From the human T2T-CHM13v2.0 reference genome, Homo sapiens, in the NCBI RefSeq assembly GCF_009914755.1, contig NC_060940.1: a stretch of DNA of 64,000 nt. One strand, 5' to 3'. The position numbers were made by a program, and so were the translations under genes. Positions within the stretch are counted from its first letter, which is position 1. Every line of letters begins with the position of its first letter. Below are positions 44,001-59,800 of this stretch, piece after piece. The notes under the pieces are model-generated. The model ran no database searches, was not told the origin of the DNA, and worked only from the letters and a program-made list of their open reading frames with translations.

Positions 44001-47000
44001 GATGTCTCCATTTGATTCCATTCGACCATGATTGCCTTTGATTCCATTCAATGATTCCATTCGGTTCCGTTTGATGATGATTCCGTTCGATTCCATTTGA
44101 TGATTCCATTGGATTCCATTGGATGAGTCCATTCGATTACATTCGATGATTATTCCATTCGAGTGCATTAGATGATTCCATTCGAGTCCATTCGATGATT
44201 CCATTCGATTCCATTCGATGTTGATTCTGTTCAAATCCATTCGATGATTCCACTCGATTCCATTCGATGACTCCATTTGATCCCATTCGATGATTTCCTT
44301 TGATTCCCTTTGATGATCATTCCATTTGATTCAATTCGGTGATTTCATTTGATTCCATTCAGTGATGTTTCCATTCGACTCCATTCGATGATGATTCCAT
44401 TCGACTCCATTCGATTATGATTTCATTCAATTCCATTCGATAATGATTCCCTTCGAGTCCATTCGATGATTCCATTCGATTCCATTCAACGATGATTTGA
44501 TTCGTGTCCATTCGATGATTCCATTTGATTCCACTTGATGATGATTCCATTCGAGTCCATTTGATGATTCCATTCAATTCCATTCTCCGATGATTTCTTT
44601 TGAGCCCACTCAATGCTTCCACTCGATTCCATATGATGATGACTCCATTCGATGAAATTCGATGATGATTCCATTCGCTTGCTTTCAATGATGATTCCAC
44701 TTGAGTCCGTTAGAAGATTCTATTCAATTACATTCCATGACGATTCTGTTCGAGTCCATTTGATGATTCCATTAGACTCCATTCGACGATGATTACATTC
44801 GATGTTATTCGATGATTCCATTCGATCTCATTCGTTGATGATTCCATTCAACTCTTTTCGATGTATCCATTCGAGTTCATTCTATTATTCCATTAGATTC
44901 AATTCGATGATGATTCCATTCGATTCCATTTGATGATTGCATTCTATTTCATTTGATGATGATTCCATTCGAGTCCACTCGATGATTCCATTCGAGTCCA
45001 TTTAATGAATCCATTGGTTTCAATTCTATGATGATTACATTGGATTACATTCGTTGATGATTTCATTCGGCTCCATTCAATGATGATTCTATTCAATTCC
45101 TTTCAATGTTTCCATTCAATTCCATACGATGATGATTACATTTGATTTGATTCGACAGTGAGCCATTCGATTTAATTCCATGATGATTCTATTTTATTCA
45201 ATTGGTTGACATTTCCATTCGATTCCATTCGATGATGATTCCATTTGATACCATTCAAAGATGATTCCATTCTAGCGCATTCAATCATTCCATTCGATTC
45301 TATTCAATGATGATTCCATTCATGTCGATTTGGTGATTCCATTTGACTCCATTTGATGATGATTCCTTTCAAGTTCATTAGATGATTCCATTCGATTCCA
45401 TTTGATGATGACCCCATTCGAGTCCATTCAGTGATTCCATTCGTTTCCATTCCATGATGATTCCATTCCATTCCATTCAATGATTCCATTCGATTCCGTT
45501 TGATGATGATTTCATTCGAGTCCATTTGATGATTCCATTTGATTCCATTCGATGATGACTCCATTCGAGTCCATTCGATGATTCTATTCGAATCCATTTG
45601 ATGATTTCTTTTGATTATAGTTGGTGATGATTCCATTGGAGTCCATTCAATGATTCCATTCGATTCCAATCGATGGTGATTCCATTAGAGTCCATTTAAT
45701 GATTCCATTTGATTCCAGTCTCTGATGATTACATTCGAGTCCATGCGATGATTCCACTCAATTCCATATCATGATGATTCCATTCGATTCCATTCGATGA
45801 TACCATTCTATTATATTCAATGGTGATTCCATTCGAGTACATTAGATGATTCCATTCGATTCCATTCAATGATGATTCTATTTGTGTCCCTTAGATGATT
45901 CCACATGATTCCATTAGATGATGATACTATTTGAGCCCATCCAATGATTCCCTTCGATTCCATTCGATGAGGATTCCATTCGATTCAATTCATTGGTGAT
46001 TCTATTCAATTCAATTCTTTGATTCCATTCCATTCCATTCGACAATGATTCCATTCGATTTCTTTCGATGATTCCACTCGATTCCACTTGACATTGATTC
46101 CATTCGATTCCATTCATTGATTCCATTTGATTCCAGTGGGTGATGATTGCCATCGATTCCATTCGATCACTCCATTCTATTCCATTTGATGATGATTACA
46201 TTCGATTCCATTTGATGATTCCATCTGATTCTATTCGAGGATTCAATTTGATTCCATTCGATGATGATTCCATTCGAGTACATTCGATGATTTCATTCGA
46301 GTACATCCAATGATTCCATTCGAGTCCATTTGATGATTCCATTTGATTCCATTTGATTATGATTCTACTAGAGTCCATTCAATGACTCCATTCGAATCCA
46401 TTCAACAATTCCATTCGACTCCATTCGATGATTCCATTCGATTCCATTTGATGATTCCATTGGGTTCAATTCAATGATGATTACATTGGATTCCGTTCTA
46501 TGATTCCATTCAATTCCGTTCATTGACAATTTGATTCCATTCGATGATGATTCCATTTGAGTTCATTCGATGATTCTATTCGATTCTCTTCGATGGTGAT
46601 TCAATTCTATTATATTGGATGATTCCATTCGATTCCATTTGATGTTGATTCAATTCGATTCTCTTCGATGATGATTCCATTGGATTTCACTTGATGATTC
46701 TATTCGATTCCATTCAATGATGATTCACTTCTCGTCCATTGGATGATTCCATTTCATTCCATTCGATGATGATTCCATTCGATTCCATTCGATGATTCCA
46801 TTTGATTCCATGCGACGGTGAGCAATTCGATTCAATTCCATGATGATTCTATTTGATTCAATTAGATGATGTTTCCATTCGAATCCATTCCATGATTATT
46901 CCATTGGAATCCATTCGGCGATGATTCCATATGAGTCAATTCAATGATGATTCCATATGGGTCCGTTCGATGATAATTCCATTTGATTTCATTCGATGCT

Positions 47001-49149
47001 TCTATTCAATTCCAGTCGATGATGATTCCGTTGGAGTCCATACGATGATTCCATTTGATTTCATTTCATGATGATTCCATTCGATGACGATTACATTGGA
47101 TTCCATTCTATGATTCCATTCAATTCCATTCGTTGATGATTCGATTCCATTCAATGATGATTCCATTTGAGTTCATTCGGTGATTCTATTCGATTCCATT
47201 CTATGGTGATTCAATTCTCTTATATTGGATGATTCGACTCGATTCCATTTGATGATTATTCCATTGGAGTCCACTTAGTGAATCCTTTAGATTCTACTCG
47301 AAGATGATTCCATTCGAGTCCATTCGATGATACCATTCAATTCCATTCGTTGATGCTTCCATTCAAGTGCATTCGATGATATCATTCGATTCCATTTGAG
47401 GATAATTCCATTTGATTCCATGCGATGATTCTATTCGATTCCATTCAATGATAATTCCATTCAATTCAGTGATTCCTCTGGACTCCATTTGATGATGATT
47501 CCATTCAATGATTCCATTCGATTCTATTCGAAAATGATTACATTTGAATCCATTTGATGACGATTCCATTCCATTCCATTTGATGATTCCATACTATTCT
47601 ATTCGATGATGATTCCATTCGATTCCATTCGATGATGATTGGATTCGATTCCATTTGATGATTTCATTTGATTCCATTCGTTAATGATTTCGATCAATTC
47701 CATTCGATGATTCCATTCGATTCCATTCGATAATGATTACATCCGAGTCCATTCGATGATTCCATTCGAGCCTGTTCGATAATTCCATTTGAGTCCAACC
47801 AATGATTCCATTCATTTCCATTCAATGATTCCATTCGAGTCCATTTGATCATTCTGGTAGGGTCCGTTCGATGTTGATTCCATTGGAGTGCATTCGATGA
47901 TTCCATTCGAGTCCATTTTAGGATTTGATTCGAGTCCTTTCGATGATTCCATTCGATTCCACTCGATGATGATTTCATTCGAGTCCATTCGACACTTCCA
48001 ATCGATTCCATTTGATGATTCCATTCGAGTCCAATTGATGATTCCATTCAATTCCATTCGATGATGATTCCGTACGATTCCATTCTGTGATGATTCCATG
48101 TGATTGCATTCAATGATGATTCCTTTCGATTGCATTCGATTATGATTCATTTCGTGTTCATTCTATGGTTCCACAGGTTTCCATTCGTGTCCATTCCATT
48201 ATTCCATTCTATTCCATTTGATGATGATTCCATTCGATTCCATTCATTGGTGATTCCACTCAATTCCATTCAATGATTCCATTCCATTTCTTTCAACAAT
48301 GATTCCATTAGTTTCTAATCGAGGATCCACTTGATTCCATTTGACGACGATTCCATTCTTGTCCATTCGATGATTCCATTTGATTCCATATGATGATGAT
48401 TCCATTCGATTCCATACCATGATGATTCCATTCGAGTCCATTCAATGGTGATTCCATTCAATTCCATTCGATGATTCCTTTCGATTCCATTCGATGATGA
48501 TGGCATTCGATTCCTTTCAATCATTCCCTTTGATTCCATTCAAAGGTGATTTCATTCAAGTCCATTGGATAATTGCATTCGATTCCATTCTATGATGATT
48601 CCATTCGAGTCCATTTCATGATTCCATTCAATTCAAGTCAATGATGATTCCATTCGATTCCATTCGATGATTCCATTGGATTCCATTCGATGATGATTCC
48701 ATTCACATCCATTCGATAATTCAATTCAAGTCCATTCGATGATGATTCCAATCGAATCCATTCAAAGATTCCATTCAGTTCCATTCGATGATTCCCTTGG
48801 ATTCCATTCGATGATTCCACTTGATTGCATTTACGATGATTCCATTCGATTCCATGTGATGATTCCATTCAATTCTATTCAATGATGTCTCCATTTGATT
48901 CCATTCGACCATGATTGCCTTTGATTCCATTCAATGATTCCATTCGGTTCCGTTTGATGATGATTCCGTTCGATTCCATTTGATGATTCCATTGGATTCC
49001 ATTGGATGAGTCCATTCGATTACATTCGATGATTATTCCATTCGAGTGCATTAGATGATTCCATTCGAGTCCATTCGATGATTCCATTCGATTCCATTCG
49101 ATGTTGATTCTGTTCAAATCCATTCGATGATTCCACTCGATTCCATTCG
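39299..49149. repeat. Near-perfect tandem duplication, period 4883 bp
   Basis: ORF-track peptides from 39476 to 43985 recur identically at +4883, and private variants occur exactly twice (GGATCC at 43440 and 48323). Mismatches at 39298/44181 and 44267/49150 bound the identity. Confidence 0.88.
41031..45913. repeat. Truncated unit U8, 4883 bp (1180-bp and 49-bp deletions relative to 6112)
   Basis: The junction at 41568-41578 fuses U1-equivalent positions ~976 and ~2156. A 49-bp loss lies near 42680. 6112-1180-49=4883. Confidence 0.9.
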
Positions 49150-50795
49150 TTGACTCCATTTGATCCCATTCGATGATTTCCTTTGATTCCCTTTGATGAT
49201 CATTCCATTTGATTCAATTCGGTGATTTCATTTGATTCCATTCAGTGATGTTTCCATTCGACTCCATTCGATGATGATTCCATTCGACTCCATTCGATTA
49301 TGATTTCATTCAATTCCATTCGATAATGATTCCCTTCGAGTCCATTCGATGATTCCATTCGATTCCATTCAACGATGATTTGATTCATGTCCATTCGATG
49401 ATTCCATTTGATTCCACTTGATGATGATTCCATTCGAGTCCATTTGATGATTCCATTCAATTCCATACTCCGATGATTTCTTTTGAGCCCACTCAATGCT
49501 TCCACTCGATTCCATATGATGATGACTCCATTCGATGAAATTCGATGATGATTCCATTCGCTTGCTTTCGATGATGATTCCACTTGAGTCCGTTAGAAGA
49601 TTCTATTCAATTACATTCCATGACGATTCCGTTCGAGTCCATTTGATGATTCCATTAGACTCCATTCGACGATGATTCCATTCGATGTTATTCGATGATT
49701 CCATTCGATCTCATTCGATGATGATTCCATTCAACTCCATTCGATGTTTCCATTCGAGTTCATTCTATTATTCCATTAGATTCCATTCGATGATGATTCC
49801 ATTCGATTCCATTTGATGATTGCATTCTATTTCATTTGATGATGATTCCATTCGAGTCCACTCGATGATTCCATTCGAGTCCATTTAATGAATCCATTGG
49901 TTTCAATTCTATGATGATTACATTGGATTCCATTCGTTGATGATTTCATTCGGTTCCATTCAATGATGATTCCATTCAATTCCTTTCAATGTTTCCATTC
50001 AATTCCATACGATGATGATTCCATTTGATTTGATTCGACAGTGAGCCATTCGATTCAATTTCATGATGATTCTATTTATTCAATTGGTTGACATTTCCAT
50101 TCGATTCCATTCGATGATGATTCCCTTTGATTCCATTCAAAGATGATTCCATTCTAGCCCATTCAATCATTCCATTCGATTCTATTCAATGATGATTCCA
50201 TTCATGTCGATTTGGTGATTCCATTTGACTTCATTTGATGATGATTCCTTTCAAGTTCATTAGATGATTCCATTCGATTCCATTTGATGATGATCCCATT
50301 CGAGTCCATTCAGTGATTCCACTCGTTTCCATTCCATGATGATTCCATTCCATTCCATTCAATGATTCCATTCGATTCCGATGGATGATGATTTCATTCG
50401 AGTCCATTTGATGATTCCATTTGATTCCATTCGATGATGATTCCATTCGAGTCCATTCGATGATTCTATTCGAATCCATTTGATGATTTCTTTTGATTAT
50501 AGTTGGTGATGATTCCATTGGAGTCCATTCAATGATTCCATTCGATTCCAATCGATGGTGATTCCATTAGAGTCCATTTAATGATTCCATTTGATTCCAG
50601 TCTCTGATGATTACATTCGAGTCCATACGATGATTCCACTCAATTCCATATGATGATGATTCCATTCGATTCCATTCGGTGATTCCATTCTATTCTATTC
50701 AGTGGTGATTCCATTCGAGTACATTAGATGATTCCATTCGATTCCATTCAATGATGATTCTATTTGTGTCCCTTAGATGATTCCACATGATTCCA
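45914..50795. repeat. Truncated unit U9, 4882 bp (same deletions as U8 plus a 1-bp deletion)
   Basis: Same junction at 46451-46461. TCTATTTATTC at ~50071 is 1 bp shorter than in earlier units. Confidence 0.9.
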
Positions 50796-53700
50796 TTAGA
50801 TGATGATACTATTTGAGCCCATCCAATGATTCCCTTCGATTCCATTCGATGAGGATTCCATTCGATTCAATTCATTGGTGATTCTATTCAATTCAATTCT
50901 TTGATTCCATTCCATTCCATTCGACAATGATTCCATTCGATTTCTTTCGATGATTCCACTCGATTCCACTTGACATTGATTCCCTTCGATTCCATTCAAT
51001 GATTCCATTTGATTCCAGTGGATGATGATTGCCATCGATTCCATTCGATCACTCCATTCTATTCCATTTGATGATGATTACATTCGATTCCATTTGACGA
51101 TTCCATCTGATTCTATTCGAGGATTCCATTTGATTCCATTCGATGATGATTCCATTCGAGTCCATTCGATGATTTCATTCGAGTACATCCAATGATTCCA
51201 TTCGAGTCCATTTGATGATTCCATTTGATTCCATTTGATTATGATTCTACTAGAGTCCATTCAATGACTCCATTCGAGTCCATTCAACAATTCCATTCGA
51301 CTCCATTCGATGATTCTATTCGATTCCATTTGATGATTCCATTCGAGTCCATTTAATCATTACAGTCGAGTCCATTTGGTGATTCCGCTGGATTTCCTTT
51401 GATAATGATACCATTCAATTACATTTGATGATGATCCCATTCAATTTCATTTGATGATGATTCCATTAGAGTCCATTCGATGATTTTATTCGAGTCCCTT
51501 CATTGATTCCATCCGATTTCATTGGATGATGACTCCATTCGAGTCCATTCGATGATTCCACTCGATTCCATTAGATGATTCCATTGGAGTCCATTTGATT
51601 GTTCCATTCGATTCCATTCGATTCCTTTCGAAGATTATTCCATTTGAGTCCATTCGATGATGATTCCATTCCATTCCATTCGATGATTCCGTTTGATTCC
51701 ATTCGATGATTCCCTTCGATTCCTTTCTTTGATGATTCCATTCCATTCCATTCAATGATTCCATTCGAATCTATTCCATGATGATTCCTTTCGATTCCAT
51801 TCGCTGATGTTTCCGTTCAATTCCATTCGATGATGATTCCATTCGATTCCATTCATTGAGGATTCCATTTGATTCCATTCAATGATGATTCCATTCTATT
51901 CCATTCAATGATTGCATTCAATTCCATTCAATGATTATCCCATTAGAGTAAACTCAACGATTCCATTCAATACCATTCGATGATGATTCCTTTTGAGTCC
52001 ATTCAATGATTTCATTCAAGTCCATTTGATGATTCCTTTCAATTCCATTCTATGATGATTCCATTCGAGTCCATTCGATGATTCCATTCGATTGCATTCG
52101 ATGATTCCATTATATTCCATTCAACGATGATTCCATTCGAGTCCATTCCATGATTCCATTAGAGTACATTTAATGATTGCTTTGTTTTCAATTCGAAGAT
52201 GATTACATTCGATTCCATTCTATGATACCATTCGATTCCATTCAATGATGACTCCACTCAAATCCATTGGATGATTCCATTCGTGTCCATTCGGTGATTT
52301 CATTAGATTCCATTCGAGGATGATTCCATTCGATTCCATTCGATGATTCCATTCAATTCCATTCGATGATGATTCCATTCGAGTCCATATGATCATTCCA
52401 TTTGATTTCATTCGATGATGATTCCATTCGATTCCATTCGACGATTCCATTCTATTCCATTCGATGATGATTCCATTCGAGTCCATTCGATGATTCCATT
52501 CGAGTCCATTTAATGATTCCATTGGGTTCAATTCAATGATGATTACATTGGATTCCGTTCTATGATTCCATTCAATTCCGTTCATTGACAATTTGATTCC
52601 ATTCGATGATGATTCCATTTGAGTTCATTCGATGATTCTATTCGATTCTCTTCGATGGTGATTCAATTCTATTATATTGGATGATTCCATTCGATTCCAT
52701 TTGATGTTGATTCAATTCGATTCTATTCGATGATGATTCCATTGGATTTCACTTGATGATTCTATTCGATTCCATTCAATGATGATTCACTTCTCGTCCA
52801 TTGGATGATTCCATTTCATTCCATTCGATGATGATTCCATTCGATTCCATTCGATGATTCCATTTGATTCCATGCGACGGTGAGCAATTCGATTCAATTC
52901 CATGATGATTCTATTTGATTCAATTAGATGATGTTTCCATTCGAATCCATTCCATGATTATTCCATTGGAATCCATTCGGCGATGATTCCATATGAGTCA
53001 ATTCAATGATGATTCCATATGGGTCCGTTCGATGATAATTCCATTTGATTTCATTCGATGCTTCTATTCAATTCCAGTCGATGATGATTCCGTTGGAGTC
53101 CATACGATGATTCCATTTGATTTCATTTCATGATGATTCCATTCGATGACGATTACATTGGATTCCATTCTATGATTCCATTCAATTCCATTCGTTGATG
53201 ATTCGATTCCATTCAATGATGATTCCATTTGAGTTCATTCGGTGATTCTATTCGATTCCATTCTATGGTGATTCAATTCTCTTATATTGGATGATTCGAC
53301 TCGATTCCATTTGATGATTATTCCATTGGAGTCCACTTAGTGAATCCTTTAGATTCTACTCGAAGATGATTCCATTCGAGTCCATTCGATGATACCATTC
53401 AATTCCATTCGTTGATGCTTCCATTCAAGTGCATTCGATGATATCATTCGATTCCATTTGATGATAATTCCATTTGATTCCATGCGATGATTCTATTCGA
53501 TTCCATTCAATGATAATTCCATTCAATTCAGTGATTCCTCTGGACTCCATTTGATGATGATTCCATTCAATGATTCCATTCGATTCTATTCGAAAATGAT
53601 TACATTTGAATCCATTTGATGACGATTCCATTCCATTCCATTTGATGATTCCATACTATTCTATTCGATGATGATTCCATTCGATTCCATTCGATGATGA

Positions 53701-56700
53701 TTGGATTCGATTCCATTTGATGATTTCATTTGATTCCATTCGTTAATGATTTCGATCAATTCCATTCGATGATTCCATTCGATTCCATTCGATAATGATT
53801 ACATCCGAGTCCATTCGATGATTCCATTTGAGCCTGTTCGATAATTCCATTTGAGTCCAACCAATGATTCCATTCATTTCCATTCAATGATTCCATTCGA
53901 GTCCATTTGATCATTCCGGTAGGGTCCATTCGATGTTGATTCCATTGGAGTGCATTCGATGATTCCATTCGAGTCCATTTTAGGATTTGATTCGAGTCCT
54001 TTCGATGATTCCATTCGATTCCACTCGATGATGATTTCATTCGAGTCCATTCGACACTTCCAATCGATTCCATTTGATGATTCCATTCGAGTCCAACTGA
54101 TGATTCCATTCAATTCCATTCGATGATGATTCCGTACGATTCCATTCTGTGATGATTCCATGTGATTGCATTCAATGATGATTCCTTTCGATTGCATTCG
54201 ATTATGATTCATTTCGTGTTCATTCTATGGTTCCACAGGTTTCCATTCGTGTCCATTCCATTATTCCATTCTATTCCATTTGATGATGATTCCATTCGAT
54301 TCCATTCATTGGTGATTCCACTCAATTCCATTCAATGATTCCATTCCATTTCTTTCAACAATGATTCCATTAGTTTCTAATCGATGATCCACTTGATTCC
54401 ATTTGACGACGATTCCATTCTTGTCCATTCGATGATTCCATTTGATTCCATATGATGATGATTCCATTCGATTCCATACCATGATGATTCCATTCGAGTC
54501 CATTCAATGGTGATTCCATTCAATTCCATTCGATGATTCCTTTCGATTCCATTCGATGATGATGGCATTCGATTCCTTTCAATCATTCCCTTTGATTCCA
54601 TTCAAAGGTGATTTCATTCAAGTCCATTCGATAATTGCATTCGATTCCATTCTATGATGATTCCATTCGAGTCCATTTGATGATTCCATTCAATTCAAGT
54701 CAATGATGATTCCATTCGATTCCATTCGATGATTCCATTGGATTCCATTCGATGATGATTCCATTCAAATCCATTCGATAATTCAATTCAAGTCCATTCG
54801 ATGATGATTCCAATCGAATCCATTCAAAGATTCCATTCAGTTCCATTCGATGATTCCCTTGGATTCCATTCGATGATTCCACTTGATTGCATTTACGATG
54901 ATTCCATTCGATTCCATGTGATGATTCCATTCAATTCTATTCAATGATGTCTCCATTTGATTCCATTCGACCATGATTGCCTTTGATTCCATTCAATGAT
55001 TCCATTCGGTTCCGTTTGATGATGATTCCGTTCGATTCCATTTGATGATTCCATTTGATTCCATTGGATGAGTCCATTCGATTACATTCGATGATTATTC
55101 CATTCGAGTGCATTAGATGATTCCATTCGAGTCCATTCGATGATTCCATTCGATTCCATTCGATGTTGATTCTGTTCAAATCCATTCGATGATTCCACTC
55201 GATTCCATTCGTTGACTCCATTTGATCCCATTCGATGATTTCCTTTGATTCCCTTTGATGATCATTCCATTTGATTCAATTCGGTGATTTCATTTGATTC
55301 CATTCAGTGATGTTTCCATTCGACTCCATTCGATGATGATTCCATTCGACTCCATTCGATTATGATTTCATTCAATTCCATTCGATAATGATTCCCTTCG
55401 AGTCCATTCGATGATTCCATTCGATTCCATTCAACGATGATTTGATTCGTGTCCATTCGATGATTCCATTTGATTCCACTTGATGATGATTCCATTCGAG
55501 TCCATTTGATGATTCCATTCAATTCCATACTCCGATGATTTCTTTTGAGCCCACTCAATGCTTCCACTCGATTCCATATGATGATGACTCCATTCGATGA
55601 AATTCGATGATGATTCCATTCGCTTGCTTTCGATGATGATTCCACTTGAGTCCGTTAGAAGATTCTATTCAATTACATTCCAGGACGATTCCGTTCGAGT
55701 CCATTTGATGATTCCATTAGACTCCATTCGACGATGATTCCATTCGATGTTATTCGATGATTCCATTCGATCTCATTCGATGATGATTCCATTCAACTCC
55801 ATTCGATGTTTCCATTCGAGTTCATTCTATTATTCCATTAGATTCCATTCGATGATGATTCCATTCGATTCCATTTGATGATTGCATTCTATTTCATTTG
55901 ATGATGATTCCATTCGAGTCCACTCGATGATTCCATTCGAGTCCATTTAATGAATCCATTGGTTTCAATTCTATGATGATTACATTGGATTCCATTCGTT
56001 GATGATTTCATTCAGTTCCATTCAATGATGATTCCATTCAATTCCTTTCAATGTTTCCATTCAATTCCATACGATGATGATTCCATTTGATTTGATTCGA
56101 CAGTGAGCCATTCGATTCAATTTCATGATGATTCTATTTATTCAATTGGTTGACATTTCCATTCGATTCCATTCGATGATGATTCCCTTTGATTCCATTC
56201 AAAGATGATTCCATTCTAGCCCATTCAATCATTCCATTCGATTCTATTCAATGATGATTCCATTCATGTCGATTTGGTGATTCCATTTGACTTCATTTGA
56301 TGATGATTCCTTTCAAGTTCATTAGATGATTCCATTCGATTCCATTTGATGATGATCCCATTCGAGTCCATTCAGTGATTCCATTCGTTTCCATTCCATG
56401 ATGATTCCATTCCTTTCCATTCAATGATTCCATTCGATTCCGTTTGATGACGATTTCATTCGAGTCCATTTGATGATTCCATTTGATTCCATTCGATGAT
56501 GATTCCATTCGAGTCCATTCGATGATTCTATTCGAATCCATTTGATGATTTCTTTTGATTATATTTGGTGATGATTCCATTGGAGTCCATTCAATGATTC
56601 CATTCTATTCCAATCGATGATGATTCCATTAGAGTCCATTTAATGATTCCATTTGATTCCAGTCTCTGATGATTACATTCGAGTCCATACGATGATTCCA

Positions 56701-56857
56701 CTCAATTCCATATGATGATGATTCCATTCGATTCCATTCGGTGATTCCATTCTATTCTATTCAGTGGTGATTCCATTCGAGTACATTAGATGATTCCATT
56801 CGATTCCATTCAATGATGATTCTATTTGTGTCCCTTAGATGATTCCACATGATTCCA
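50796..56857. repeat. Higher-order unit U10, 6062 bp
   Basis: Anchor spacing 6062 = 6112-49-1. Carries the 49-bp deletion (~53620) and the 1-bp deletion (~56135) but not the 1180-bp deletion. Confidence 0.9.
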
Positions 56858-59800
56858 TTAGATGATGATACTATTTGAGCCCATCCAATGATTCCCTTCG
56901 ATTCCATTCGATGAGGATTCCATTCGATTCAATTCATTGGTGATTCTATTCAATTCAATTCTTTGATTCCATTCCATTCCATTCGACAATGATTCCATTC
57001 GATTTCTTTCGATGATTCCACTCGATTCCACTTGACATTGATTCCCTTCGATTCCATTCAATGATTCCATTTGATTCCAGTGGATGATGATTGCCATCGA
57101 TTCCATTCGATCACTCCATTCTATTCCATTTGATGATGATTACATTCGATTCCATTTGACGATTCCATCTGATTCTATTCGAGGATTCCATTTGATTCCA
57201 TTCGATGATGATTCCATTCGAGTCCATTCGATGATTTCATTCGAGTACATCCAATGATTCCATTCGAGTCCATTTGATGATTCCATTTGATTCCATTTGA
57301 TTATGATTCTACTAGAGTCCATTCAATGACTCCATTCGAGTCCATTCAACAATTCCATTCGACTCCATTCGATGATTCCATTCGATTCCATTTGATGATT
57401 CCATTCGAGTCCATTTAATCATTACAGTCGAGTCCATTTGGTGATTCCGCTGGATTTCCTTTGATAATGATACCATTCGATTACATTTGATGATGATCCC
57501 ATTCAATTTCATTTGATGATGATTCCATTAGAGTCCATTCGATGATTTTATTCGAGTCCCTTCATTGATTCCATCCGATTTCATTGGATGATGACTCCAT
57601 TCGAGTCCATTCGATGATTCCACTCGATTCCATTAGATGATTCCATTGGAGTCCATTTGATTGTTCCATTCGATTCCATTCGATTCCTTTCGAAGATTAT
57701 TCCATTTGAGTCCATTCGATGATGATTCCATTCCATTCCATTCGATGATTCCGTTTGATTCCATTCGATGATTCCCTTCGATTCCTTTCTTTGATGATTC
57801 CATTCCATTCCATTCAATGATTCCATTCGAATCTATTCCATGATGATTCCTTTCGATTCCATTCGCTGATGTTTCCGTTCAATTCCATTCGATGATGATT
57901 CCATTCGATTCCATTCATTGAGGATTCCATTTGATTCCATTCAATGATGATTCCGTTCTATTCCATTCAATGATTGCATTCAATTCCATTCAATGATTAT
58001 CCCATTAGAGTAAACTCAACGATTCCATTCAATACCATTCGATGATGATTCCTTTTGAGTCCATTCAATGATTTCATTCAAGTCCATTTGATGATTCCTT
58101 TCAATTCCATTCTATGATGATTCCATTCGAGTCCATTCGATGATTCCATTCGATTGCATTCGATGATTCCATTATATTCCATTCAACGATGATTCCATTC
58201 GAGTCCATTCGATGATTCCATTAGAGTACATTTAATGATTGCTTTGTTTTCAATTCGAAGATGATTACATTCGATTCCATTCTATGATACCATTCGATTC
58301 CATTCAATGATGACTCCACTCAAATCCATTGGATGATTCCATTCGTGTCCATTCGGTGATTTCATTAGATTCCATTCGAGGATGATTCCATTCGATTCCA
58401 TTCGATGATTCCATTCAATTCCATTCGATGATGATTCCATTCGAGTCCATATGATCATTCCATTTGATTTCATTCGATGATGATTCCATTCGATTCCATT
58501 CGACGATTCCATTCTATTCCATTCGATGATGATTCCATTCGAGTCCATTCGATGATTCCATTCGAGTCCATTTAATGATTCCATTGGGTTCAATTCAATG
58601 ATGATTACATTGGATTCCGTTCTATGATTCCATTCAATTCCGTTCATTGACAATTTGATTCCATTCGATGATGATTCCATTTGAGTTCATTCGATGATTC
58701 TATTCGATTCTCTTCGATGGTGATTCAATTCTATTATATTGGATGATTCCATTCGATTCCATTTGATGTTGATTCAATTCGATTCTATTCGATGATGATT
58801 CCATTGGATTTCACTTGATGATTCTATTCGATTCCATTCAATGATGATTCACTTCTCGTCCATTGGATGATTCCATTTCATTCCATTCGATGATGATTCC
58901 ATTCGATTCCATTCGATGATTCCATTTGATTCCATGCGACGGTGAGCAATTCGATTCAATTCCATGATGATTCTATTTGATTCAATTAGATGATGTTTCC
59001 ATTCGAATCCATTCCATGATTATTCCATTGGAATCCATTCGGCGATGATTCCATATGAGTCAATTCAATGATGATTCCATATGGGTCCGTTCGATGATAA
59101 TTCCATTTGATTTCATTCGATGCTTCTATTCAATTCCAGTCGATGATGATTCCGTTGGAGTCCATACGATGATTCCATTTGATTTCATTTCATGATGATT
59201 CCATTCGATGACGATTACATTGGATTCCATTCTATGATTCCATTCAATTCCATTCGTTGATGATTCGATTCCATTCAATGATGATTCCATTTGAGTTCAT
59301 TCGGTGATTCTATTCGATTCCATTCTATGGTGATTCAATTCTCTTATATTGGATGATTCGACTCGATTCCATTTGATGATTATTCCATTGGAGTCCACTT
59401 AGTGAATCCTTTAGATTCTACTCGAAGATGATTCCATTCGAGTCCATTCGATGATACCATTCAATTCCATTCGTTGATGCTTCCATTCAAGTGCATTCGA
59501 TGATATCATTCGATTCCATTTGATGATAATTCCATTTGATTCCATGCGATGATTCTATTCGATTCCATTCAATGATAATTCCATTCAATTCAGTGATTCC
59601 TCTGGACTCCATTTGATGATGATTCCATTCAATGATTCCATTCGATTCTATTCGAAAATGATTACATTTGAATCCATTTGATGACGATTCCATTCCATTC
59701 CATTTGATGATTCCATACTATTCTATTCGATGATGATTCCATTCGATTCCATTCGATGATGATTGGATTCGATTCCATTTGATGATTTCATTTGATTCCA

